Shown here: positions 44,401-52,039 of the stretch, piece by piece | Position numbering within the stretch: position 1 is the first letter of the stretch | Layout: each line of letters starts with the position of its first letter | NCBI GenBank assembly: GCA_012798435.1 | Contig: JAAZNF010000028.1 | Location: forward strand, 15,362-79,361 | DNA from: Myxococcales bacterium | GTDB lineage: Bacteria; Myxococcota; B64-G9 | Direction of reading: 5' to 3' | DNA length: 64,000 nt | The notes under the pieces: model-generated | Databases searched by the model: none | What the model was told of the DNA's origin: nothing | Seen by the model: only the letters and a program-made list of their open reading frames with translations | Made by a program: the position numbers and the translations under genes

Positions 44401-45968
44401 CTGTTCGCCGGGCGGTAGAACTGCCACTCGTGGGAGATGGGATCGCCGTTGGGGTCGAACGAGTGCGAGCCGTCCAGGGTCACGTGGGTGCCGGTGGGCA
44501 CGGTCTGGTTGCCGCCGGCCAGCGCCACCGGGGGCAGCGGCACGCCCGAGATGGCCTGCAAGGCTCGAAGGGCGTTCACCCGGCCGCCGCTGACGCACCG
44601 TCCCTGGAGGTCGGCCACCGGGTCGATGGTGCCGATGAGGGTGTTCTTTACCTGGAGCATGTCGAGGTCGGGCCGGATGGAGAACATGAGCGCGCACAGG
44701 CCCGCCACGTGCGGGGTGGCCATGGAGGTGCCGGACATGAGATCGTAGCCACCGCCCGGCCAGATGGTGGAAAGGATGTCCTCGCCTGGAGCGCCCACGT
44801 CCACCGTCACCAGGCCGTAGTTGGAAAAGCTGGCCTTCTGGTCGGTGTGGGTGGTGGCCGCCACCGCAATGATGTTGTCGTAGGGCCAAGAGCTGGGCCA
44901 GTGCATGGTGGAGGGGTCGTCGGTGTCCTTGCCGATGCCGTCGGGGTAACCGTTGCCGGCGGCCGCCACCAGGATGACGCCCATGCTGTTCGCGTAGGCG
45001 ACGGCGTTCTCCAGCGTCTGGCTATAGTGCTGCACCGTCCACCAGGAGCAGCTCATGACGCGAGCGCCGTTGTCCACCGCGTAGTGGATGGCCTCGGCGG
45101 CGTCCACGCAGTAGTCCTCGAGCTCCTGGTTGCCGATGATACGCAGGGGCATGATGGTGACGCGCCAGTTGACGCCCGCCACGCCCAGGCTGTTGTTGCC
45201 GACCGCGCCGATGATGCCCGAGCAGTGCGTGCCGTGACCGTAGTCGTCCATGGGGTCGTTGGTCTGGTGCTCGAAGTCCCAGCCGCGCACGTCGTCGATG
45301 TAGCCGTTGTTGTCGTCGTCGATGCCGTTGCCCGCGATCTCGTCCGCGTTCGTCCACATGTTGGCGGCGAGGTCCGGGTGGGTGTAGTCCACGCCGGTGT
45401 CCAGCACCGCCACCACCACGTCGTAGGAGCCGATGGAGATGTCCCAGGCCTCGGGGGCATCGATGTCGGCGTCGGGGGTCCCGCCGGTCTGGCCGGTGTT
45501 GTTCATGCCCCAGTCCTCGGAGTAGCGGGGATCGTTGGGGGTGTTGAGCAGGCGGATCTTCCAGTTGGGCTCGGCATAGGCCACGCGCGGATCGCGGGCG
45601 ATGCGCCGGGCTGCCTCTTCGGGGGTCTCCTTGCTCGAGAGACCCATGCGGTACAGGTCCAGGGGCTTGCGGTACTCGACCACCGACAGCCCGAGGCTTT
45701 TGGCGATGGAGGCGGCCGAGAGGCGGTCCACGCCGGCGCGGAACTTCACCACCACCACGCCCGGCTCGTAGGGAATCCAGTTGGGATCATCCGGATACTG
45801 AATGGGCGGCCGGTGCTCGAGGGCGACCGACTTTTCCGGCGCCGCCTTGGCCGCGCTCTCGGCCTGCAGGCCGGAGGAGCTTTGCGCCACGTCGGCGCCG
45901 CCCTGGCAGGCTGCCATTATAACCCCTAGACCAAACACCCATGCCCCGGCCAACCCTGACTTCTTCAT
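41475..45968 (-). CDS. Giant secreted subtilisin-like serine protease (peptidase S8) with Cys-rich repeat domains and MYXO-CTERM anchor
   Basis: Signal MKKSGLAGAWVFGLGVIMAAC (ATG 45966-45968). S8 catalytic triad segments VVAVLDTGVDYTHPDL (Asp), HGTHCSGIIGA (His), GTSMATPHVAG (Ser). Many CxxCxxxC / NCGxCG repeats. C-terminal GGGCGCGTGASGGSGLLMLLGLSLLGIKRRK. The antisense 1262-aa ORF is rejected. Confidence 0.85.
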   Translation of the reverse strand: MKKSGLAGAWVFGLGVIMAACQGGADVAQSSSGLQAESAAKAAPEKSVALEHRPPIQYPDDPNWIPYEPGVVVVKFRAGVDRLSAASIAKSLGLSVVEYRKPLDLYRMGLSSKETPEEAARRIARDPRVAYAEPNWKIRLLNTPNDPRYSEDWGMNNTGQTGGTPDADIDAPEAWDISIGSYDVVVAVLDTGVDYTHPDLAANMWTNADEIAGNGIDDDNNGYIDDVRGWDFEHQTNDPMDDYGHGTHCSGIIGAVGNNSLGVAGVNWRVTIMPLRIIGNQELEDYCVDAAEAIHYAVDNGARVMSCSWWTVQHYSQTLENAVAYANSMGVILVAAAGNGYPDGIGKDTDDPSTMHWPSSWPYDNIIAVAATTHTDQKASFSNYGLVTVDVGAPGEDILSTIWPGGGYDLMSGTSMATPHVAGLCALMFSIRPDLDMLQVKNTLIGTIDPVADLQGRCVSGGRVNALRALQAISGVPLPPVALAGGNQTVPTGTHVTLDGSHSFDPNGDPISHEWQFYRPANSSAVLSSTTAPAPTFDADVCGEYQGILTVTDSTGLISNPDRARVVAVNQTALNPVVESAHPYADNFDYTWTITQPGAVVIGVHFASFDTEQGYDFVHVLDANDVEVASYSGALGAFSTPVVTGNTIKLRLTSDSSVNRNGFVADAITWCDAGRCPPGLGDCDDDPATGPDGCETNTASSTQNCGWCGHACAAPHAVNQCVAGMCQVAGCESGWFDCNNDFADGCESNPLIDPQNCGLTGCGNPTCGPVPHGSGGCAGGQCTVGTCEAGWGDCDGNVGNGCERDVTADVQNCGTCGNVCNLPHATGHSCIDGVCYPSTCQDSAEDVQSPHPYPHNYNNTWTITRPGASVMSVHFSMLNVERNWDFVRVLDGNDSEIATYTGQYEPFWSPNVPGSTVKVNFTSDSSVAYDGFTIDMVRACLGACEAGYGDCDGLPANGCEASVQSDVDNCGGCGVVCGYPHMDSQCVGGTCQPGTSCLAGWGDCDGVATNGCETDLTSSAQHCSACGSACTYDHASGVCNNGTCELGNCASGYANCNDSPSDGCEVQTSTDPQNCGSCGNVCTLDHASAGCAAGECRVASCEVGWGDCDHAAANGCEQPVVDDPANCGACGRTCNSLPHATGHCEGVDCAIDSCATGWGNCDGAGFNGCESLVGSDPENCGQCGNACTFANASALCVGGQCQLDRCIGGFNNCNNDPADGCESNYRTDPENCGSCGRRCEAAHATANCVGGYCGIAACDEGWTDCNHALADGCEVHTGEDAQNCGACGVLCRLSHATAACHLGQCVVGSCDIGYADCNGDAADGCEVDTRSDAQNCGACGTSCALAHAVSACDASACVITRCEADFGNCDGQTANGCEADLTSDEANCGRCGIECGNGQECREKNCLCPDDDGDGYAKPPCGNDCDDTRQGVHPNTAEICGDQLDNNCDGLTDSDDQVACPKEETSGGGCGCGTGASGGSGLLMLLGLSLLGIKRRK

Positions 45969-46060
45969 GCGTGTCTCCTTCTCTTCATAAGGATTTTCTG
46001 CCCTCGCCCTTATTGAGCTTCTATCCACATTCCACCCCCATGGACAAGAGAAATCTTTTT

Positions 46061-48394
46061 CTAGCGAAGCCGCTCCAGGTTGCGGCAGGCCTCGGGAAGC
46101 GAGAGCTTGTCGCACAGTCGCCGGTACTCCTCCTTCGCCTTTCCCAAAAGCTCCAGCTTCTCGAACACCCGTCCCCGCAGATCGGCGATCCTCGCCTCCA
46201 TGGAAAGCCAGGTCAGGCGCTCGGCCTGGGGCCGGTCCAGCGCGGCCAGCCGCCGCATCGTGGCGAACCCGTCCTCATCTCCTCCCCCGCGGCTCATGAG
46301 GGTTCGCAGAAGCTCCAACATCTCGCCATCGGCGGCGGCCAGGTGGGGCTCGATGTACGGCCCCGCCACCTCGCGGACCTGGTCCAGCAGCGCGAGCGCC
46401 TGGTCGTAGCGCTCGCGCATGAAGAAGCGCTGTGCGCCGAACACAGCCTGGTGGCAAAAGAGCAGGGCCTGCTCCATCCCCTTCGCCTGGGCCTTGAGCA
46501 GCTGGAGCCCCTTGGCGAAATACTGGTCCCGTTCCGCCTCGCTGGCGTCGCCTCCGCCGAAATCGCTCAACACGAAGTACTGTTCCGCGGTGGCCTTGCC
46601 TCGGCGGGCGAGCTCGTGCAGACGCTTGGTGATGGCCTCGGACTTCTTCTGCTGGGCCGCCGGCGGCAGGCGCCCGAAATCCTCTATCTTCATCCCCAGC
46701 GCCCGCTCGCGCCACTCCCGCTCCAGACCGGTGGCGATCTTGACAAAGTGCGACTTCTTCTCTAGCTCGGCGAACTCGCGCGCCTCACGCTCCATCCGTT
46801 CGCGCTCCTTGCGCCGCTCCTGCTCCTCGAGAGCGCGAGCCTTTTCGTGGTCCTTCTTGGCCAGTTCCTCCTGACCCGCCTCGCGGTAGCGGTAGGCGCG
46901 GTTGTGGTAGTAGCTATGCAGCTCCGCCTGTCCGTAATAGTAGCGCGCCGGGCGGGTCAGCTCCTCCTCCTTGGCCTCGATGGCCCGGGTGGCGTCGGCG
47001 ATGGCTTGCTCCTTGCGGCCGGCCTGGGCGTTCAGCACGCTCCGGAGGTTGTAGAGGTGGGAGCGGGCGATGGAGCCGAGCGCGATGGCGCGGTCGATGT
47101 CCTTGCGGATGTGTTGGTTGTGCCCTTCACGGATGGCCTGCTGCCGCGCCCCAAGCTCGTCCGAGGACCCCAGCTCGACCAGGACAGCGAACTCCTCGAC
47201 CTCGATGAGGGCCTCACGAACGTTCACCCGCATGGCGTAGAACTCGGCCTCTCCCTCGGCGAGCGCCACCGCCCGGTCGAGCGCGCCCAGGGCCTCGTCC
47301 AAGGCCTTCTTCTGCTCGCGTAGCCGCGCCAGGCACGCCTCTTTCTTCTCCGGCCCCTCGTTGCAATCTGCCGGCGTCCCCATGTTGCGGGACCACAGCA
47401 CATCGGCCCGCTCGGCGTGGGCCGCGGCCAGCTCGGGATCGAGCGCGAGCGCCTGGTCCAGGGCCCGGAATTTCTGCTCTTCTTCCAAGATCGAAAGCGA
47501 GCGGGCGTACTCGAGCCACAGCTCGGCCTTCTTCCGGTCGAGCTGCTTCTTCTTCGCCACCGCGTCCGGTCGCGCGCCGGGGAGCTGGGGCTCGCTCTTC
47601 AGCCGGGTGAGCAGCTTGTCCGCCGCCTCGGCCACCGCGGCGCGGGCGGACTCGGCGAGGTAGGGCGCGCTCCCCGCCGCCAGCAGGCAACCGCTCTCGG
47701 CCGAGAACAACATGAGCGAGAGGCGCGCCGGTTTTTCCTTGGAGAGCGAAACCTTGAGCAGGGAGTTCGCCGACAGCTCCTGGCCCAGCTCGCACTGGAG
47801 CCGGTCGTCGAAGCGCGCCTCGAAGGAGCGCTTCTTCACCTTCTCCAGCTCGGCCGACTCGGCCTCGCCGGCGAGCAGCACGAGCTTGCCACGAGCGAGA
47901 AGCTGCTCGCGCACCACGTCGCGCAACCCCGGCACGCCAATGGAAGAGTCCAGGACCAGCCGGGGGCTCTTCTGCAAATAGGCCTCGATGGCCCGCTCGG
48001 CCTCGTCCACGTGGCCGTGGCTGACCAGCAGGTTCCCTTGCCAGCTCCACACGAAGGCCGCCGGGAGCTTCCCGCCCAACCCGAAGGCCTCGGCGATCTT
48101 GCCTTCGGTATCGCACACCGTCTCGTCGGGCATCCAGCCCGGGTTGACGCACTGGCCTTCCGGGTCGAGCGTGCTCACCACCACCAGGCGCAACCCCTGC
48201 GCGCGGTACTTCTCGTGCAGGGCCTTCCAGCGGGGGACGGCCTTCATGCAGGGTTCGCACCATGTGGCGTAGAACTCCACCGCCAGAAGCCGCGTCCCCG
48301 GCCTGTCCAGCCAGCCTCGCACATCAAGCTCGCCGGCGTGCAACAATCCAACATGCAAGAAGATGCCTGCCAACAGCGGCCCGACGGTCTTCAT
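46061..48394 (-). CDS. Secreted thioredoxin-like (TlpA-type WCxxC) domain protein fused to long coiled-coil/TPR-like helical region
   Basis: Signal MKTVGPLLAGIFLHVGLLHA. LLAVEFYATWCEPCMKAVPRW is a thioredoxin fold active site. The remaining roughly 600 aa are charged helical repeats (EEQKFRALDQALALDPE...). Confidence 0.65.
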   Translation of the reverse strand: MKTVGPLLAGIFLHVGLLHAGELDVRGWLDRPGTRLLAVEFYATWCEPCMKAVPRWKALHEKYRAQGLRLVVVSTLDPEGQCVNPGWMPDETVCDTEGKIAEAFGLGGKLPAAFVWSWQGNLLVSHGHVDEAERAIEAYLQKSPRLVLDSSIGVPGLRDVVREQLLARGKLVLLAGEAESAELEKVKKRSFEARFDDRLQCELGQELSANSLLKVSLSKEKPARLSLMLFSAESGCLLAAGSAPYLAESARAAVAEAADKLLTRLKSEPQLPGARPDAVAKKKQLDRKKAELWLEYARSLSILEEEQKFRALDQALALDPELAAAHAERADVLWSRNMGTPADCNEGPEKKEACLARLREQKKALDEALGALDRAVALAEGEAEFYAMRVNVREALIEVEEFAVLVELGSSDELGARQQAIREGHNQHIRKDIDRAIALGSIARSHLYNLRSVLNAQAGRKEQAIADATRAIEAKEEELTRPARYYYGQAELHSYYHNRAYRYREAGQEELAKKDHEKARALEEQERRKERERMEREAREFAELEKKSHFVKIATGLEREWRERALGMKIEDFGRLPPAAQQKKSEAITKRLHELARRGKATAEQYFVLSDFGGGDASEAERDQYFAKGLQLLKAQAKGMEQALLFCHQAVFGAQRFFMRERYDQALALLDQVREVAGPYIEPHLAAADGEMLELLRTLMSRGGGDEDGFATMRRLAALDRPQAERLTWLSMEARIADLRGRVFEKLELLGKAKEEYRRLCDKLSLPEACRNLERLR

Positions 48395-48555
48395 GGACTC
48401 CTCCTCGCACAACCTGTTACACTTGCCGCACGTTCCCTGGTCACGCAAGAGAAAACATACCAGCCCCTGAATAGTGCAGGAAAAATTCCGTCTGCTGTTG
48501 CCAGTTGATCGGTTTTTTGCTTTCTTGGGCCAATAGTATTCAAAAGGAGCGAAAC

Positions 48556-49578
48556 ATGAGTTTCGTACGGTTTGTGGCGGGGTTGGCGATCGCTTCCCTG
48601 GCGGGGACGGCCGGCTGTTCGGGCGGGGGCGGGGGCCGCCCCACGCCCAACGTCACCCAGGAGAACCTGTGCCAGCAGGTGGCCGACGTCCTGTGCTACA
48701 ACATGTTCGAGTGCTGCACCGGCAAGCAGATCGAGGACATCCTGGGGCTCACCATCACCGTCACCCACGACAAGTGCCTGCGCGACATGGAGCTCATCTG
48801 CGAAGACCAGATCGCGCCGCTGCTCTACGCGGTGGACAAGGGCACGGCGGTCATCCGGGAGGGCGAGACCCAGCTCTGCCTGGAGGCGCTGCTGGTGTCA
48901 CCGGGGAGCTGCTTCCAGGTCGACTTCCAGGTCCCCTGGCAGCAGTATTGCCGGGAGGTGTGGTGGTCGGGGTTGCAGAACGCCGGCCAGGATTGCGTGT
49001 ACGACCTGGAGTGCATGCCGCAGCTCTACTGCGCCGCCGACCGCAAGTGCCGGGCCTACCCGCAGTTCAACGAGCTGTGCCCCTCCGGGGTGTGCGCCAC
49101 CGGGCTGTACTGCTCATACGAGGACGGCCGCTGCAAGGCGAGGAAGGGCGTCAACCAGGAGTGCCGCGACCCGGTCGAGTGCCTGGAGGGCCTCTACTGT
49201 GGGCTGGACAACCTGCAGAAGTACGTATGCCAGGCCCCGCGCAACTTCGGCGAGGCCTGCACGGCCGACTTCGAGTGCCAGAGCCAATTCTGCATCCCCG
49301 GTCTGTGCAACGACGGCAAGGAGTGCTACCGCAACGAGGACTGCGCCGGGCGCTGCGAGTTCGGCAACCAGGTGTGCGCCAACGACAGCCAGTGCCCCGG
49401 CAAGTGCCCGAACGGCACCACCACCTGCTACGACGACTACGATTGCACCGGCATCGGCTCGGGGGTGTGCTTCCACGAGCGCTGCATCCGCGGCTGCAAC
49501 GGCCAGCCGGTGTGCGGGCTCGAGTACCGAGTGATCGATTACTGCACGGACACCGTCGGTTTCTTCATGGAGGACTGA
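48556..49578 (+). CDS. Cys-rich lipoprotein (about 44 Cys), hypothetical
   Basis: RBS AAAAGGAG. Lipobox MSFVRFVAGLAIASLAGTAGCSGG. Regularly spaced Cys resembling disulfide-knot modules. The 3' end overlaps the convergent FAD oxidase gene by 14 bp. Confidence 0.6.
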   Translation: MSFVRFVAGLAIASLAGTAGCSGGGGGRPTPNVTQENLCQQVADVLCYNMFECCTGKQIEDILGLTITVTHDKCLRDMELICEDQIAPLLYAVDKGTAVIREGETQLCLEALLVSPGSCFQVDFQVPWQQYCREVWWSGLQNAGQDCVYDLECMPQLYCAADRKCRAYPQFNELCPSGVCATGLYCSYEDGRCKARKGVNQECRDPVECLEGLYCGLDNLQKYVCQAPRNFGEACTADFECQSQFCIPGLCNDGKECYRNEDCAGRCEFGNQVCANDSQCPGKCPNGTTTCYDDYDCTGIGSGVCFHERCIRGCNGQPVCGLEYRVIDYCTDTVGFFMED

Positions 49579-51016
49579 GCGGCGGGAACTGGAGCCGGCC
49601 GGGGTTCATGATGCCGGCGGGATCGAGCAGCCGGCGCACCGCATCCACCACCTCGCGAAAGGCGGGATCGAGGCGCGCGCCGTGCGCCTCCCACACCCAC
49701 TGCGGCGTCTTGTACGGAAAGAACCCCAGGGAGATGGCCATCTCGGCCAGCGCCCGGTTGGCGGCCTTCACCCGCGCCACCTCGCCCGGATCGGAGCGAT
49801 CGAAGACGGAGATCCAGCGCAGCACGCCAAAGTGCCCGCCCAGCATGGGCCGGCACACCACCACCGGCGAGAACCCGTGCGCGGCCAGGATGTCGCTGCC
49901 GCGCTGGTATCCTTCGGCGAAGCGGCTGGTCGGCCCGTAGGTGCCCACCCAGCTCAGGCCGCCACCGTGTCCGTCCAGCAAGAAATCCAGCCGGGTGGGA
50001 AAGTCCGCGAACTTGCCGAAACGCGGCTCGAGGCGCACCAGATCGGCGATGTCGAGGGGGCCGTCCAGCCGCGTGCCCGCCTGCCGCCACTCGCGCACCA
50101 GGCGCTCGATCGCCTTCACCCGGGCCTCGAACAGCTCGCGGTGGTGGCCCGAGACGTCGAGGTACAGAAAGAGCAGCGGCTCCGCCGGGTCGCGCCACAG
50201 CGGCCGGTGGTCGCCGAAGAGCATCTTGCCCGAGGCCCAGCTGAGCGCCCCCAGGTCGTCGGCCAGGTCCTCGCGGGCGAGGTGCCGCAGGGCCGCGAAA
50301 GCCTCGGCCGCATCGTAGGCCATGAGGAAGAAGCGGCGCCGGTGCGCTGGATTCGGCCATAGCTGCACCGCCAGTCGGGTGACGATGCCGGTGGTGCCGG
50401 CGAAGTTCACGAACAACCCCTCGAGCTGTGGGAAGGGCGCCCGGGCGCAGGGCTTTCCCGCGTAGGCCCAGTGGCCGGTCCGCAGCAGCCGCCCGTCAGG
50501 GAGCACCGCCTCCAGCGCGTTGATCCAGTACGAGGCCGGGCCGGCGCGCAGCGAGAGGTTCGCCAGGCCGTCGAGCAGGCAGTTCGGCACGATGCCGCTC
50601 TCCGGCGGCGACAGCGGGTAGGCGAAGCGCAGCTCTGGCGCGTGTCGTTCCAGGTGATCGTGGAGCTTCTGCCAGGTCACCCCTGGCTCGATCACCGCGA
50701 ACAGGTCCTCGCGGTCCACCTCCAGCACGCGCTCCATGCGCCGCAGGTCCATCACCAGCCCGCCGCGGACCGGGATGGCCAGCCCGCCCAGGTTTGTGTT
50801 GGCCACCACCGGTGTGATCGGCACACGCTCCGCCGCGCACAGGCGAACCACCGCCTGCACCTCCTCGGCGCTCTTCGGGCACACCGCCACGTCCGGCTCC
50901 ACGGGATCGTTCTCGGTCATGTCGCCGGCGTAGAGAACCAGCTTCGCCGGATCCGTGATCACCGCCTCCGGCCCGAGAGCGGCCACGAGCCTTCTTTGGA
51001 GTTCGTCCCGGTTCAT
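49565..51016 (-). CDS. FAD-linked oxidase (GlcD / D-lactate dehydrogenase / alkyl-DHAP synthase-like PCMH-type FAD-binding)
   Basis: MNRDELQRRLVAALGPEAVITDP...VAVCPKSAEEVQAVVRLCAAERVPITPVVANTNLGG is a classic FAD_binding_4 N-terminus. About 480 aa. ATG 51014-51016 with a purine-rich patch GGGAGG(ccgg) immediately upstream. Confidence 0.8.
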   Translation of the reverse strand: MNRDELQRRLVAALGPEAVITDPAKLVLYAGDMTENDPVEPDVAVCPKSAEEVQAVVRLCAAERVPITPVVANTNLGGLAIPVRGGLVMDLRRMERVLEVDREDLFAVIEPGVTWQKLHDHLERHAPELRFAYPLSPPESGIVPNCLLDGLANLSLRAGPASYWINALEAVLPDGRLLRTGHWAYAGKPCARAPFPQLEGLFVNFAGTTGIVTRLAVQLWPNPAHRRRFFLMAYDAAEAFAALRHLAREDLADDLGALSWASGKMLFGDHRPLWRDPAEPLLFLYLDVSGHHRELFEARVKAIERLVREWRQAGTRLDGPLDIADLVRLEPRFGKFADFPTRLDFLLDGHGGGLSWVGTYGPTSRFAEGYQRGSDILAAHGFSPVVVCRPMLGGHFGVLRWISVFDRSDPGEVARVKAANRALAEMAISLGFFPYKTPQWVWEAHGARLDPAFREVVDAVRRLLDPAGIMNPGRLQFPPLSPP

Positions 51017-51393
51017 CCGGCCTCCCGCGCCCGCAGCAAGGAGAGCAGCGGCAGCAACCGCCACACCCGGCCACCCACGCGCAACCGCCCGCGCAAGAGG
51101 TTACGGACGAGCCCCCTCCCCAGGGTGAGGCCCAGCAGCGCCTCCAGGTCGCCGCGCACCCAGGCCGCCGGGCGCGCGGTCGGCTCGCCGGCCTGCTCCG
51201 GAACCCGCAGCACCACCTCCTCGCCGGTGGTGAGCAGCACGACCCGCATCGCCGAGGCGCGGATCTCGATCGGCCGGTCCACCTTGCGCATCCGTCGCGC
51301 CAGCCGCGGCTTGGAAAGCGCGCGTTCGAGGAGCGAGCGCAGGATGTAGCCCAGCAGGTTCATGCGCTCCGGCGGCGCGAACACCACCCTCAT
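51013..51393 (-). CDS. SCP2 sterol-carrier-like small protein
   Basis: 126 aa MRVVFAPPERMNLLGYILRSLLE...RVVLLTTGEEVVLRV...VRGDLEALLGLTLGRGLVRNLLRGRLRVGG fits the SCP2 alpha/beta fold pattern. RBS GAGGTGA. Stop overlaps the oxidase start (ATGA). Hidden in the track inside a longer junk ORF. Confidence 0.5.
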   Translation of the reverse strand: MRVVFAPPERMNLLGYILRSLLERALSKPRLARRMRKVDRPIEIRASAMRVVLLTTGEEVVLRVPEQAGEPTARPAAWVRGDLEALLGLTLGRGLVRNLLRGRLRVGGRVWRLLPLLSLLRAREAG

Positions 51394-51397
51394 ACCG

Positions 51398-51922
51398 TCA
51401 CCTCGCCCTTCCGGTGGCGCGGCTCCAGCGCACCAGGACGGCTTCGAAGATCTCGGCGCGATCGCCCTCTCGAAGCTCCCCAATGTCGATGCGGACCTCG
51501 CCCTGTGGCAGCTCGGTGTGCAGGACGAGCAGCTCGTACTCGTCGCTGGTCTTCGTCTCCACGTCGCGCACCGCGCCCCAGGGGATCGGCCCGCGGCCGG
51601 CCTGCAGGTCCTCGATGCCGACGTCATCTACCCGGATCGCAAAGCCACGGCGGCGCAGGGCGAAAAAGCCCGCGCCGATGGTGGCCGCCCCGATCCCCGC
51701 GGCCAGGAGCAGCTTCCAGCGCTCCGGGTTGGGGAGCGAAACCTCTCGCCCATCGACGGTCTCGATCACGCTGGGCGCGGCGAGGAAGAAGAGCGCCAGC
51801 ATGGTGACCAGGTCCACCGCGCCCACGATGAACAGGTAGGTCGCTGTCCGGCGCGAGCGCCGGAACAGGCGCGGCCGGGACTCGATAGCCTTTTCCCGAA
51901 CGCTTTGATAAGGCGTGCCCAT
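51398..51922 (-). CDS. Small membrane protein with cytoplasmic PH-like (bPH) domain
   Basis: One TM (YLFIVGAVDLVTMLALFFLAAP), then a second hydrophobic stretch and a beta-rich C-terminus. It is only the C-terminal 174 aa of the 1082-aa antisense track ORF; the rest of that ORF is junk overlapping the real + strand gene. Confidence 0.45.
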   Translation of the reverse strand: MGTPYQSVREKAIESRPRLFRRSRRTATYLFIVGAVDLVTMLALFFLAAPSVIETVDGREVSLPNPERWKLLLAAGIGAATIGAGFFALRRRGFAIRVDDVGIEDLQAGRGPIPWGAVRDVETKTSDEYELLVLHTELPQGEVRIDIGELREGDRAEIFEAVLVRWSRATGRAR

Positions 51923-52039
51923 GCCCGCTCCCACCGCCAGGAATATCCACGGGCGGGTGAGCCTGTCAACCCGGGGCACGACCGACGGGGACGGCGGCCC
52001 TCTTTTCTGGTAAGCTACGTTCTTATCGTGGAGGTTTCC

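Noticed and set aside
42141-45929. 1262-aa + strand ORF opposite the S8 protease
   Set aside because: Ala/Gly/Val/Arg-rich junk. The protease frame on the minus strand contains the catalytic triad.
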